Assembly: GCA_002269645.1 (NCBI GenBank) | Contig: NIVC01000303.1 | Span: 248,001 to 312,000, forward strand | Direction: 5' to 3' | Length of the DNA stretch: 64,000 nt | Source: Macrostomum lignano | Lineage: Eukaryota | In this document: positions 28,789-60,094 of the stretch, piece by piece | Numbering within the stretch: the stretch's first letter is position 1 | How the letters are laid out: each line of letters opens with the position of its first letter | Notes under the pieces: generated by a model | Seen by the model: the letters and a program-made list of their open reading frames with translations, nothing else | Told to the model about the DNA's origin: nothing | Databases searched by the model: none | Translations under genes and position numbers: made by a program

Positions 28789-31700
28789 TCAACATTTAAA
28801 CGCTCTGGAGGCGCTAACATTGCGTCCAGTGCCGAAGCGAGACACTGACCGGCCGACCGTGTCAGTTTCAAACTGCCTTGGCGGTCGAACAATCGGTAGC
28901 GTGCCCGCCTGCAAGTGACCGTCGTCGCTGTACGCCAGGTGCGAGTTCGGCGGCATCTCGGCGCCGTCTGGCGAACGCAACGGCTCGTAGCCGGCGGTGA
29001 CACTGGCCGAGCAGAGGCAGCTGCTGCCGCTGCAGCTGCCGCGCATCTGCTGTTGCTGACGCTGGTAGAACAGCATGTCGCAGTCTGCCAGGCTTAACGG
29101 CGGCGGCGGCGTCGGCTGTTGCTGATTCTGCAGCTGTTGCAACTCGTTCTGCCGAGAGGAGCTTCGATAAATTTTATTTTTAAATTGCACGTCTACAGAA
29201 TGTTGATTGCCGTCAGAATGGAAGGATACTGGGCGTTGGCCATTGCTAGGTGGGCTGCATGGCGGCATGGATGTGTAAAGAGCGTGAATGAATGCTAAGC
29301 GATCGAATAATTGCCTATCAAAATACTTCCAGTATTGCAGTAATTACATGCTCTCGTAGATGCTCACCTGGTCACAGTCAATGGCTTCCTGCGACCAGTC
29401 ACGCAAGCGATCGCGCTCAAGCCCAAGACCAGTAGTGCGAAGACTACTACAGCAGCGCATAGTGATACCGTCAAAACCAACGGATCGATTACCTGTTTTT
29501 GACTGTCGCCCAGGCTGTCCGGAGTTGATCCAGCCACTGGGTGTAGGGGCTTCTCAAAATCGGTTTTTGTTGGCTGTTTTTTCGGCTCCGTTACAGTCTT
29601 TGTTGATGCTGCGATTCTAGATACCACTGTAGATTGAACGGGTGTCTTTGGGCTGATGTCGCATGGAGGCTGGGAATCTGTCGAAAATGAGGTTTCTTTC
29701 AGTTTAAAAATACAAATTAAAGTCGTTGATGACCCCGGCTTGTACCAGATTGGAACGTTTACAAAATTCCACTCTAAAGACTGAGGTTACATGATGATTC
29801 GGTGATGTTCCACTCTGAAGACTAAAGCTACATAGGATGGTTCGGTGATGTTCCACTCTGAAGACTAAAGCTACATATGATGGTTCGGTGATGTTCCACT
29901 CTGAAGACTAAAGCTACATAGGATGATTCGGTGATGTTCCACTCTGAAGACCAAAGCTACATATGATGGTTCGGTGATGTTCCACTCTGAAGACTAAAGC
30001 TACATATGATGGTTCGGTGATGTTCCACTCTGAAGACTAAAGTTACATATGATGGTTCGGTGATGTTCCACTCTGAAGACTAAAGCTACATATGATGGTT
30101 CGGTGATGTTCCACTCTGAAGACTAAAGCTACATAGGATGATTCGGTGATGTTCCACTCTGAAGACTAAAGCTACATAGGATGGTTCGGTGATGTTCCAC
30201 TCTGAAGACTAAAGCTACATAGGATGGTTCGGTGATGTTCCACTCTGAAGACTAAAGCTACATAGGATGGTTCGGTGATGTTCCACTCTGAAGACTAAAG
30301 TTACATATGATGGTTCGGTGATGTTCGACTCTGAAAGACTAAAGCTACATGATGATTTGACGCTTGATGCGTTTGACCCCATGAAGCTACAGGATTTACC
30401 TGTCTAGCTACTACCTCATGGACCCTGTATTTGATTAATTTGCTCCCTCAACCAAATGCCACCCTGACTGACCTGTAATTCGGCACATGAGCTGGCCATT
30501 GCTATCGCAGTACTGCCCAGTTGTCTCGGCTCGACAGTACGTACTACAGAATGGTCCGTAGTGATTCGGACGGCACTTGAGTCTAACGTTGAATGCGAAA
30601 CTGAAACGGATTTTTTTGCTCGAACGTTGAGCACCTTAATTGCAGACTCTAAAATCTCAGGATTAGTGTTAAATCCTTCTTACCTCGACCATCTTGGTCC
30701 TTTAATGGCTTCGTCCGTTGAATCCTCAGCAAAAGCCAGCGGCACACGGGTTGTTGTTTCGCGGAATGTTTTATCGACCTTTCGGCCGTCGCTTGAATAA
30801 TAGTGAAGAGTCATTTTAACTGTGATGTTGTTCTGCGGAAGAAGTTACGTTAAAAACGGCGATAGTTGATTATTTCAAATGGAGAATATCAACAAAAATG
30901 CATTTTAAAAATCATCTTACCGGGTAGCCGGTCAAGTTGAATTTTACCGGATTCCTATAGCCCGGTTCGTTGCGCTGCTCAAAGTTGAGCTCCTCGCGGT
31001 AGACTTGCTTGCCAAACAGTTCGTAGCCCACGGGTACTCTGCAAGGTTACGGGTTTTTAGGTGGAAGCCTTATTGATCAGATTCAACAAATCAAATTTGT
31101 TCAGAAGGTTGGATTCCACTGTTCAGAGTTGAGATTCATTGTTCACATGGTGAGATTCACAATCCAAATCGTGGGATTCACAATCCAGATGGCGAGAATC
31201 ACTATCCAGATCATGGGATTCACAATCCAGCGGGAGAGATTCACAATTTATATTTTGATTCACTTTTAAGATAATTATTTTCACTGTTAAGATGGTGAGA
31301 TTCACTGTTCAGATGGTGAGATTCATGTGTGTTCAGATGGTGAGATTCACTGTTCAGATGGTGAGATTCATGTGTGTTCAGATGGTGAGATTCACTGTTC
31401 AGATGGTGAGATTCATGTGTGTTCAGATGGTGAGATTCACTGTTCAGATGGTGAGATTCATGTGTGTTCAGATGGTGAGATTCACTGTTCAGATGGTGAG
31501 ATTCACAATCCTAGTCTGTGAGAGACACTCACCCATCGGCAGCAGCCTCCACCTGCAGCCGGTAGCCGCACATGCTCATGCTGATGTTGCCGCCCTGCGA
31601 GCCGCACCTGTAGTAGTTGCTATCCGATCCGGCCGAGTAAGACTTCAAGGTCAGCAGCAGCTGCAGTGGGTACTATATAGTTAAAGATTAAGATATCGTT

Positions 31701-33265
31701 AGCGATTAGTAGAGATATGAGTATACTGATATTTCTTAAATTATGTTCTGCAACAATTATGGAGCCTGTCGGCTATTAGGGCGGCAATTAGAATGGCAAT
31801 TAGGGTCATGATAAGGCTGATAATTAGGGTGGCAATTAGGGTAACAATTAGGGTGACAATTATGGTGATAATTAGGGTGACAATTAGGGTGGCAATTAGG
31901 GTGACAATTATGGTGATAATTAGGGTGACAATTAGGGTGATAATTAAGGTGACATTTAGGGTGATAATTAAGGTGATAATTAGGGTGACATTTAGGGTGA
32001 TAATTAGGGTGATAATTAGGGTGATAATTAGGGTGGCAATTAGGGTGACAATTATGGTGATAATTAGGGTGACAATTAGGGTGATAATTAAGGTGACATT
32101 TAGGGTGATAATTAAGGTGATAATTAGGGTGACATTTAGGGTGATAATTAGGGTGATAATTAGGGTGATAATTAGGGTGATAATTAGGGTGATTAATTAG
32201 GGTGACAATTAGGGTGATAATTAGGGTGACATTTAGGGTGATAATTAGGGTGGCAATTAAGGCGGCAATTAGGGTGACAATTAGAGTGGCAATTAGGGTG
32301 ACAATTAAATGACAATTAGGTGACAATTAGGGTTGAAATTAGGTTGGCAGCTAGGGGTGATAATTAGGGTGATAATTAGGGTGATTAATTAGGGTGACAA
32401 TTAGGGTGATAATTAGGGTGACAATTACGGTGATAATTAGGGTGATATTAGGGTGACATTTAGGGTGATAATTAGGGTGATAATTAGGGTGACATTTAGG
32501 GTGATAATTAGGGTGACATTTAGGGTGATAATTAGGGGGACAATTAGGGTGATAATTAAGGTGACAATTAAGGTGACAATTAGGGTGACAATTAGGGTGA
32601 TAATTAGGGTGACAATTACGGTGATAATTAGGGTGACAATTAGGGTGATAATTAGGGTGACAATTACGGTGACAATTAGGGTGACATTTAGGGTGATAAT
32701 TAGGGTGACAATTAGGGTGATAATTAGAGTGACAATTAGGGTGATAATTAGGGTGACATTTAGGGTGATAATTAGGGTGACAATTAGGGTGATAATTAGA
32801 GTGAAATTAAGAGTGATAATTAGGGTGACAATTAGGGTGACAATTAGGGTGATAATTAGGGTGACAATTACGGTGATATTAGGGTGACAATTAGGGTGAT
32901 AATTAGAGTGAAATTTAGAGTGATAATTAGGGTGACATTTAGGGTGATAATTAGGGTGACATTTAGGGTGATAATTGGGGTGACATTTAGGGTGATAATT
33001 AGGGTGACATTTAGGGTGATAATGGACAATTAGGGTGACAATTAGAGCGATAATTAGATAAACAATTAGGGGTGTCAAACAGTTTGACAATTTTATAACA
33101 AATCTCTGTGTTTGTCCACAAAGAAAAGGGTATATTTATAAGTAAAAAAGCTTTTATCAATTCTTCATCAACATTTACCTCTTCTCTAACCATCGCAGAG
33201 GCCAGATGCAGCACAGAGGCTGCTATGCCAAGACTTCTCAGAACCAATCCAGCTTCCAAACGCAT
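28789..33265 (-). CDS. Delta-like DSL-domain single-pass membrane protein (signal peptide, short C2/MNNL-like region, DSL, Thr/Pro stalk, TM, Gln-rich tail)
   Basis: Exons 33265-33179, 31672-31533, 30791-30684, 30600-30473, 29677-29368 and ~29245-28789 (last acceptor uncertain); phases 0,2,2,1,2. DSL motif CRPNHYGPFCSTYCRAETTGQYCDSNGQLMCRITDSQPPC (C-x8-C-x3-C-x8-C-x7-C-x8-C). TM LVLTVSLCAAVVVFALLVLGLSAIACVT followed by GRRK. Confidence 0.75.
29770..30355. repeat. 43-44-bp minisatellite in a Delta-like gene intron
   Basis: Unit GATGGTTCGGTGATGTTCCACTCTGAAGACTAAAGCTACATAT. Confidence 0.95.
31120..31508. repeat. 21/24-bp (45-bp dimer) minisatellite in a Delta-like gene intron
   Basis: TCAGATGGTGAGATTCACTGT alternating with TCAGATGGTGAGATTCATGTGTGT; degenerate GATTCACAATCC copies on the left. 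Confidence 0.9.
31775..33055. repeat. 12-bp minisatellite containing TTAGGG, in Delta-like intron 1
   Basis: Unit AATTAGGGTGAY, about 100 copies. Confidence 0.95.
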
Positions 33266-33934
33266 GCTGATAAGTCAATATTTTGATATATCTTACTCTG
33301 AAGTATTAGAAAATCTTTACTGATTCAAGTTAGGACTATACAGTCAGGTAAGAATCTAGATTAGCATTCGGTTTTATACCCGTGTTACACGACAGTATTT
33401 CAAGTTTCGCAGTTAGCAATCTTGCCAGATGACCGCAATTTAAGCTTTTACAGATAAACAAAATAATTTATAATAAGTCGCGCGCAGTTTCAAAAGATTT
33501 AGCTTAAAGCTTCTTGTATTTAGTCAACGTTATCTTGTTGCTGAGAGGGCTACAGAGGGGGGGCTATAATGTAATATAATGACTGCTTTTGTGTAAACAA
33601 GGCAAGAGGCTTGCATTGCGTCATTTCCGAACCCGAAACTCTTCGAATTTATTAATTCGACGCTTTTATCTGGGTTTATTAATCTTCTTCTCTGCTTGCT
33701 CTTCTTGTACACTTGCGACTTAACGCTTGTCTTACTACATGTACGAGCATTGCTGCCTAATACGTATTTCTGCTTTCTAAAGACAATAAAGTCAATATTT
33801 TTCTCAGCTGATAGACAAGTGTCTGCTTTCAATCTTTGGCTCCTTATCAGGTTGATGAGAAAATCTTGAGCAAACTAGTTGAGGACAGATACGCTCTCGT
33901 GTCAGAGAGAAGTGATCAGCTTAGCTGAGAGTGT

Positions 33935-35270
33935 ATGATAAGAGAGAGAAAATCGGAGAGAATAGATCGGGAAAAGAATGGATCAAAGAAGGAATAGATC
34001 AGAAAGATTATAGATCAAAGATGGAATAGATCAGAGCGAGAATAGATCGGAGAGATTAGATCAAAGACAGAATAGATAAGAGAGATTAGATCAAAGACAG
34101 AATGGATAAGAGAGATTAGGTCAAAGACGCAATAGATCGGAGAGATTAGATCAGAGACAGAATAGATAAGAGAGATTAGGTCAAAGACGCAATAGATCGG
34201 AGAGATTAGATCAGAGACAGAATAGATAAGAGAGATTAGGTCAAAGACGCAATAGATCGGAGAGATTAGATCAGAGACAGAATCTAGATAAGAGAGATTA
34301 GGTCAATGACGCAAAGGTCAATAGACGCAAAGGTCAATAGATCAAAGAGAGAGAATAGATCAGAGAGTTTTATATCAAAGACAGAATAGATCGGCGATAA
34401 TAGATCAGAGAGAGAATAGATCGGATAGAATAGATCACAGAGATTAGATCAAGGACAGAATAGATCAGAGAGACTAGATCAAAGGCAGAATACATCGGAG
34501 AGAATAGATCAGAGAGATTAGATCAAAGGCAGAATACATCGGAGAGAATAGATCAGAGAGATTAGATCAAAGACAGAATAGATCGGAGAGATTAGATCAA
34601 AGACAGAATGGATAAGAGAGATTAGGTCAAAGACGCAATAGATCGGAGAGATTAGATCAGAGACAGAATAGATAAGAGAGATTAGGTCAAAGACGCAATA
34701 GATCGGAGAGATTAGATCAGAGACAGAATGGATAAGAGAGATTAGGTCAAAGACGCAATAGATCGGAGAGATTAGATCAGAGACAGAATAGATAAGAGAG
34801 ACTAGGTCAAAGACGCAATAGATCGGAGAGATTAGATCAGAGACAGAATAGATAAGAGAGATTAGGTCAAAGACGCAATAGATCGGAGAGATTAGATCAG
34901 AGACAGAATCTAGATAAGAGAGATTAGGTCAATGACGCAAAGGTCAATAGACGCAAAGGTCAATAGATCAAAGAGAGAGAATAGATCAGAGAGTTTTATA
35001 TCAAAGACAGAATAGATCGGCGATAATAGATCAGAGAGAGAATAGATCGGATAGAATAGATCACAGAGATTAGATCAAGGACAGAATAGATCAGAGAGAC
35101 TAGATCAAAGGCAGAATACATCGGAGAGAATAGATCAGAGAGATTAGATCAAAGGCAGAATACATCGGAGAGAATAGATCAGAGAGATTAGATCAAAGAC
35201 AAAATAGATCGGAGAGATTAGATCAAAGACAGAATGGATCGGAGACTCGGTCGAAGAATAGATCGGAGAT
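33935..35270. repeat. Purine-rich ~16-20-bp satellite with a ~626-bp block duplication
   Basis: AGATCAGAGAGAATAG / AGATCAAAGACAGAAT variants; the block starting AATCTAGATAAG occurs at 34281 and 34907. Confidence 0.9.
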
Positions 35271-36111
35271 AGATATAAGAGAATGTGACATAGATTTGTG
35301 AAAAAAACAGACAACGAGACAAACTTCCAGATATGAATTAGTAAAACAGATATTGCACAGACCGCGCAGCTACTGTAATTCAGTAGGCTATTTAAACACA
35401 ATTGGAGAGTTGCCAAATTTATTATAGTATTAATAACTACTAACTACTGGCTACAATTGTTATCATTATTAGTATCTGGACACGGGTTACAGCCAGGGTA
35501 CGCAAAGTAACAAAGGTGCAAGCCTACACAAGAGGAAAAACTTAAATAACAAAATTTATATAACAATGTTTAATTATTTTGTTTTTAACTTTTTTGGGGA
35601 TATTTTTATCATATTTAAACACAACACATAAAAACCACTTAAGAGCAAATTAACGTGGCCCAAAATCACCTAAGATACGATATGTGATTATTAAATATTT
35701 GTATAATTCAAGTGAGCGCAAAGAAAGAAACCAGCACCTGAATCACGTACTACTGATATGGCGGAGGTGAGTAAGTAGTATAAAAAATGTAATCAAACTC
35801 AAAATAATTGAACTTTAAACATAGACTTAGTTGGAAGAGCAGTATAACAAAAACCTGGAAGATTGATTATTAATATGGAAAGCAATATTTTTGGAACTGG
35901 AAGAGGCTGATATTTTGCTAAAAGAAAAACGTACCAGTTAATAATTAATATATATATGTGGAAACAAAAAAAACAACTGGCAATAAAATCGAGACTAAGT
36001 AAACTACTGATACTACTACCAAAGTAGAGTATAACGTAAAAAACGCGATTTTCATAGCAAAATAATAAAATTGTTCACGGAATGGGTTTTTTGGAAGCAG
36101 TTGATCCAGTT

Positions 36112-53995
<17,884 letters not shown>

Positions 53996-54676
53996 CACTT
54001 TAATGAAGATAATATGGGATTGCAGACAATTAGCAATTACGCAATATTATTAATAGAGAAATAATGCCATGCACAGAAGAGCTGTCACCTTTTCCAAACT
54101 TCTCTATTGCTTCTTTCAATTGTATAAAATTGCTTTTGCCAAAGCAGTCAGACAATTCGAATGCAGTTAGCTAATTAGCAGGGGCCAGGCCTGAGGCCGC
54201 GGGTTTTTATCAGGTGCCGTGGCGGTGAGAGCTTCGCGCGCACTTGGAAAGATATTTTATACTTCTCTCCTGCACGCCTGCTTAGTGACTTCGGGATGAA
54301 TTGGTATTGGCTGCTAACAAGACGGCTTCCCTTCCTTTTCCTCACTCTCCCGCCTCTCTGCCCCCTCCTCTGCAGCTCAGCTTGCTCACCGCCATTGAGA
54401 ACCCGCCTCACTGTCCTCACTGTGAGCTCAGCAGAGTTGAGACAAGGTTGGAAACACGCGCGCCGCCCCCAGGACACACGGCTGCTTCTTCTGCTCTGAA
54501 GAGCTCGAGAGACAATGGCAAGTCTGATTAGATGGGAATCTTCAGGGGAAGTTTTCCCAAATAGAGGAAGTTTTTTTGGGAAGGAAAAATTCCCAAAGGA
54601 ATCTCCGCACTGGAGTGGGGGGGATTTGCAAGTCATCAGTGCTCACGCTTCTATGATCAGTCGCTTTTGGTGTTCC

Positions 54677-55125
54677 TAGATCTCTCACTGCATCTCTACC
54701 TCTCATCCTTAGATCTCTCACTGCATCTCTACCTCTCACCCTTAGATCTCTCACTGCATCTCTACCTCTCACCCTTAGATCTCTCACTGCATCTCTACCT
54801 CTCACCCTTAGATCTCTCACTGCATCTCTACCTCTCACCCTTAGATCTCTCACTGCATCTCTACCTCTCACCCTTAGATCTCTCACTGCATCTCTACCTC
54901 TCATCCTTAGATCTCGCACTGCATCTCTACCTCTCACCCTTAGATCTCTCACTGCATCTCTACCTCTCACCCTTGGATCTCTCACTGCATCTCTACCTCT
55001 CACCCTTAGATCTCTCACTGCATCTCTACCTCTCACCCTTAGATCTCTCACTGCATCTCTACCTCTCACCCTTAGATCTCGCACTGCATATCTTTCTCAC
55101 CCTTAGATCTCTCTCTGCATCTCTC
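54677..55125. repeat. 33-bp minisatellite
   Basis: Unit AGATCTCTCACTGCATCTCTACCTCTCACCCTT. Confidence 0.95.
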
Positions 55126-55502
55126 TCAGTCAATCGCCACAATTTATCAATTACACTTCAAAAACAAAGTCGCATATTATAATAGTAATAATAATTAATA
55201 CAAGTCAAATCTTTGCAAAAGTGAGGTTAGCACACAAAAATATTCTATTTAACAATTTGCAGTGTAATAAAACTCGTGTCTTATCACATGCATGGCAGTG
55301 CACACAATATTGCATTATCAGTACTGCACCTCCAGCTTGGAATGTCTTCTTTTGCATCTAATTGATAATAATTATAACCTGCTGCATGCTGTGAAACATA
55401 GACCCCTCTTCTCCTCTTACGTGTAGCTCTCTGTAGAGCTGCTTTACTGATCACTATGCAACCCAGCACTCAGTCTCTGAAGGATGGGGCGAAATTTCAT
55501 CT

Positions 55503-56015
55503 GGGCGCCAGCACCAGGGGCGCCAGCACCAGGGGCGCCAGCACCAGGGGCGCCAGCACCAGGGGCGCCAGCACCAGGGGCGCCAAGCACCAGGGGCGCC
55601 AAGCACCAGGGGCGCCAAGCACCAGGGGCGCCAAGCACCAGGGGCGCCAAGCACCAGGGGCGCCAAGCACCAGGGGCGCCAAGCACCAGGGGCGCCAAGC
55701 ACCAGGGGCGCCAAGCACCAGGGGCGCCAAGCACCAGGGGCGCCAAGCACCAGGGGCGCCAAGCACCAGGGGCGCCAAGCACCAGGGGCGCCAAGCACCA
55801 GGGGCGCCAAGCACCAGGGGCGCCAAGCACCAGGGGCGCCAAGCACCAGGGGCGCCAAGCACCAGGGGCGCCAAGCACCAGGGGCGCCAAGCACCAGGGG
55901 CGCCAAGCACCAGGGGCGCCAAGCACCAGGGGCGCCAAGCACCAGGGGCGCCAAGCACCAGGGGCGCCAAGCACCAGGGGCGCCAAGCACCAGGGGCGCC
56001 AGCACCAGGGGCGCC
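55503..56015. repeat. 16/17-bp GC-rich minisatellite
   Basis: Unit GCGCC(A)AGCACCAGGGG, about 30 copies. Confidence 0.97.
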
Positions 56016-56694
56016 ATATTCTCCGGTCCCTGTTCCACCCCACACTCACTGCACAAAGTATCATGTACACGAAGTTTACATCTGTTATGATGTAAATATG
56101 CCACTTACCAAATAAAAAAATGGATGGCTTAAAACGAACAGGAGTTGGACACAGCTCGATACTGGTTTATAAGTATGCTGTGTGCAGCCAAGATGAGACG
56201 AGGCAGTTTAAAAGAGTATCAGTTTTATATGCTGCTTTCTCAGGCGGCTGTCTCCAGGCTCAGGAGCACACGTGAATGCAGACATTATTAGGTCAAGCCA
56301 ACTAATAATAATTCAAATACGCAGCCGCAGGCCCAGCAGTCTCCATCGCATCTTACTCGCCTCACCGGCCTCCTCCTTCTCCCTCACTCTCTCCCTTCTT
56401 TTTTTGCGTCGATAAACCAGCAAAAAATCGTTGAATTCAATACTGTAATGAGATATAATTATATCATGATGAGATACAGCCGGTATTTCTGAAGCAATCT
56501 GCGCAGTAGTCCCTTCGGAGCAGCTGGTAGATGCTTCTCCGTAATGCTCGAATTCATAATATTTAGCTAGCCATAATAATGGTGATATGATATATAGATA
56601 TACATATTCGCACTAGCTTGAATATCATCTACTTCTGCATCCTGCTCTGTATTGCACTGCATGTATCTTTAATGAATGATCTGTTCTCATCTAT

Positions 56695-58290
56695 TCATCT
56701 CTTCATCTCACCCATCTCCCTTTCATCTCCCTCCCCTCATCTCAGCCATCTCCCTCTTCCTTCATCTCACCCAGCTCCCTCTCCCTTTCATCTCACCCAG
56801 CTCCCTCTCCCTTTCATCTCACCCAGCTCCCTCTCCCTTTCATCTCACCCAGCTCCCTCTCCTTCATCTTACCCATCTCTCTCTCCTTCATCTCACCCAT
56901 CTCCCTCTCCCTTCATCTCACCCAGCTCCCTCTCCCTTTCATCTCACCCAGCTCCCTCTCCCTTTCATCTCACCCAGCTCCCTCTCCCTTTCATCTCACC
57001 CAGCTCCCTCTCCCTTTCATCTCACCCATCTCCCTCTCCTTCATCTTACCCATCTCCCTCTCCTTCATCTCACCCATCTCCCTCTCCCTTCATCTCACCC
57101 AGCTCCCTCTTCCTTCATCTCACCCAGCTCCCTCTCCCTTTCATCTCACCCATCTCCCTCTCCTTCATCTTACCCATCTCCCTCTCCCTTCATCTCACCC
57201 AGCTCCCTCTCCCTTTCATCTCACCCAGCTCCCTCTCCCTTTCATCTCACCCAGCTCCCTCTCCCTTTCATCTCACCCAGCTCCCTCTCCCTTTCATCTC
57301 ACCCATCTCCCTCTCCTTCATCTTACCCATCTCCCTCTCCTTCATCTCACCCATCTCCCTCTCCCTTCATCTCACCCAGCTCCCTCTCCTTCATCTCACC
57401 CAGCTCCCTCTCCTTTCATCTCACCCATCTCCCTCTCCTTCATCTTACCCATCTCCCTCTCCCTTCATCTCACCCAGCTCCCTCTTCCTTCATCTCACCC
57501 AGCTCCCTCTCCCTTTCATCTCACCCATCTCCCTCCCCTTCATCTCACCCATCTCTCTCTCCCTTTCATCTCACCCAGCTCCCTCTCCCTTTCATCTCAC
57601 CCAGCTCCCTCTCCCTTTCATCTCACCCAGCTCCCTCTCCCTTTCATCTCACCCAGCTCCCTCTCCCTTTCATCTCACCCATCTCCCTCTCCTTCATCTC
57701 ACCCAGCTCCCTCTTCCTTCATCTCACCCAGCTCCCTCTCCCTTTCATCTCACCCAGCTCCCTCTTCCTTCATCTCACCCAGCTCCCTCTCCCTTTCATC
57801 TCACCCATCTCCCTCTCCTTCATCTTACCCATCTCCCTCTCCCTTCATCTCACCCAGCCCCCTCTTCCTTCATCTCACCCAGCTCCCTCTCCCTTTCATC
57901 TCACCCATCTCCCTCTCCTTCATCTTACCCATCTCCCTCTCCCTTCATCTCACCCAGCTCCCTCTTCCTTCATCTCACCCAGCTCCCTCTCCCTTTCATC
58001 TCACCCAGCTCCCTCTCCCTTTCATCTCACCCAGCTCCCTCTCCCTTCATCTCACCCAGCTCCCTTCTCCTTCATCTCAACCATCTCCCTCCCCTTCATC
58101 TCACCCATCTCCCTCCCCTTCATCTTACCCATCTCCCTCTTCCTTCATCTCACCCAGCTCCCTTCTCCTTCATCTCACCAATTTCCCTCTCTTCATCTTA
58201 AACATCTCCCTATATCTGCATCTCCCTTTCCCTTCATCTCACCAATTTCTACCCCTTCATCTCACTAACCTCTCTTTCTCTTCATCTCAC
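56695..58290. repeat. ~26-27-bp pyrimidine-rich minisatellite
   Basis: Unit TCATCTCACCCAGCTCCCTCTCCCTT. Confidence 0.95.
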
Positions 58291-58554
58291 CTATCTCACC
58301 AGCCTTTTGTCTGGAGACCTGTTGAAGAAGGCTGCCAGGGGTTGTTTTGTTCTATACTTTATTGCCATTCCAGTGACGTCATGCTTTGCCAGTATTTTTA
58401 AAACCGAGGTGTATGCTACTTATAGTAGAATAATATGCTAATGTAATAATAATAATAGTTGATTTCACCTGCCCTAATGGGCAGATGTGCAACCGACAGC
58501 TCAGCCGCAGCTATTGCGCGCGCATCTGAAGGCTGTTCAGTCCAAGAACTGGGG

Positions 58555-58685
58555 GACCTCGATTACTCCAGCTAATGCTGGCACACCCATACATGTATTT
58601 TACAGCTGGGTGAACTGAAGCAATGCAGAGTTAAGTGTCTTGCTCAAGTGCACAAATTGTTTGAGTGAGATCAAGCAATGTACAT
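58555..58685 (+). mobile_element. CORE-like SINE fragment
   Basis: TTTTACAGCTGGGTGAACTGAAGCAATG...GTTAAGTGTCTTGCTCAAGTGCACAA resembles the CORE/MIR-type motif GTTAAGTxxCTTGCCCAAGGxCACA; judged from memory of the consensus. Confidence 0.45.
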
Positions 58686-60094
58686 GCACTAAAATATTTT
58701 TACAATCTACAATTTACAATCTAAAGGGACTGATATGTCAGTTCCGGTACTCGCAGGGAAGTTATTGGCACGCTCGAACCCCAGACCAGGTGGGAAAAAT
58801 TGAGAAGATCGTCCGGCTTAAGTAGTGTCACGTGACTTATTTGCGAAAAAAAACGGACTAACAGCCAATGGGTGACGCCACGGGCTGCGATTGGTTCATA
58901 AAATGGGGTGGGTGTCAAAAAGCGGGAGATCACGTGACTAGGATTTGATTTATTTCAGACAATAGCGCGGAGGGTGGGTGGATGGAAAGGGAGTGGGGTG
59001 GGTGTATGGAGTGAGTCATCAGTTGAATCATAGGTGGGGAGGGGCCTGGATATCCTGGATTGAGATTTGCGCATAGCGAACTCTGGGGAAATTACATAAA
59101 AATCTAGTTCACTAAGACACAAATAACAACTAGCTTTAGCCATAATCCACAGGACGACTGTTCCACACGTTCGAATTTCATCACGCGACTTGCTTTCCCA
59201 CTTTTATTACCTTTACACCCCTCGCAATCTTTGAATTAGCTTGGAAAAAGTATTTCGCATGAGGGATGTTGACTTTCTACCTTTGCACAGTCTGCAAATA
59301 ACCGGGTAAATGAATGGAATATGACTAGCCATAATAGGACAGAGTGTACTTATTTTAGCTGGGTAAGCTAGTAGACGATATGTTGCGTTATAAACTTATT
59401 AAAGCATCAAGAGTGTAAAGGCGATAGATGGATAAATAAAAGAACAATAGAAACACTTATTTCAAATAAAAGTTAGCTAAAGTGCATCACAGCTATGCAA
59501 TAAACATCGCCCAAATTACTTTATATTTTGTGGACAGATTCCATTAAAAAAACTTATTCAGCCATTCTGAAATTAATTTTCAACTACTATGAGTAGAATT
59601 AAGTAAGCATGCGACATAAAAAACTTAGCAAAAATACAAGCAAGAAAAAAATAAGTCGATAGGTTTTAATTATTACAGGTTAAATTAAAGTTCAGAGAAA
59701 ATCTGTTTTCATTTCGCTGAAACCAGTCAGCGAAAATATAATCAAGAAGATAACAACAAAATTTGAATATATTTTGCATCGCTGAAACTTGCTTAATGAG
59801 CAGAAAAAGAGCGCAAAGGAAAACTATTTGCATACAATAAATGATAAAATTGGATTTAAATTGGTTAAATTGAAATCGAATTTATCTGGCTACTATTAGT
59901 AGATAGGAAGAGCTTTTGCTAGAGCAAAATTGTAATTAGGAGAGTTTTAATTAGCAATAAGGAGGCGTATACAATTAAATGTATGCAGAAATAAATGTAC
60001 ATTATTAGTTTTTATAATTTTTTTTATATCGCGAAACAAACCGCAGTCAGTTCTATTCACAAAAATACGAGCTACAAAACTTCCTACCCGCAGT

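Noticed and set aside
31775-33055. True telomere or chromosome-fusion site
   Set aside because: No contiguous (TTAGGG)n run, no head-to-head inversion, and it sits within a normal intron.
55503-56015. Array of CTCF-like motifs (CACCAGGGGCGC)
   Set aside because: One G short of the CTCF core spacing (CCACCAGGGGGCGC), and CTCF is reported absent from studied flatworms; kept only as a G4 candidate.
55444-56115. Collagen-like or GAPGA-repeat ORFs on both strands
   Set aside because: Open in nearly all frames because the 16/17-bp unit has no stop codons; the unit length is not a multiple of 3.
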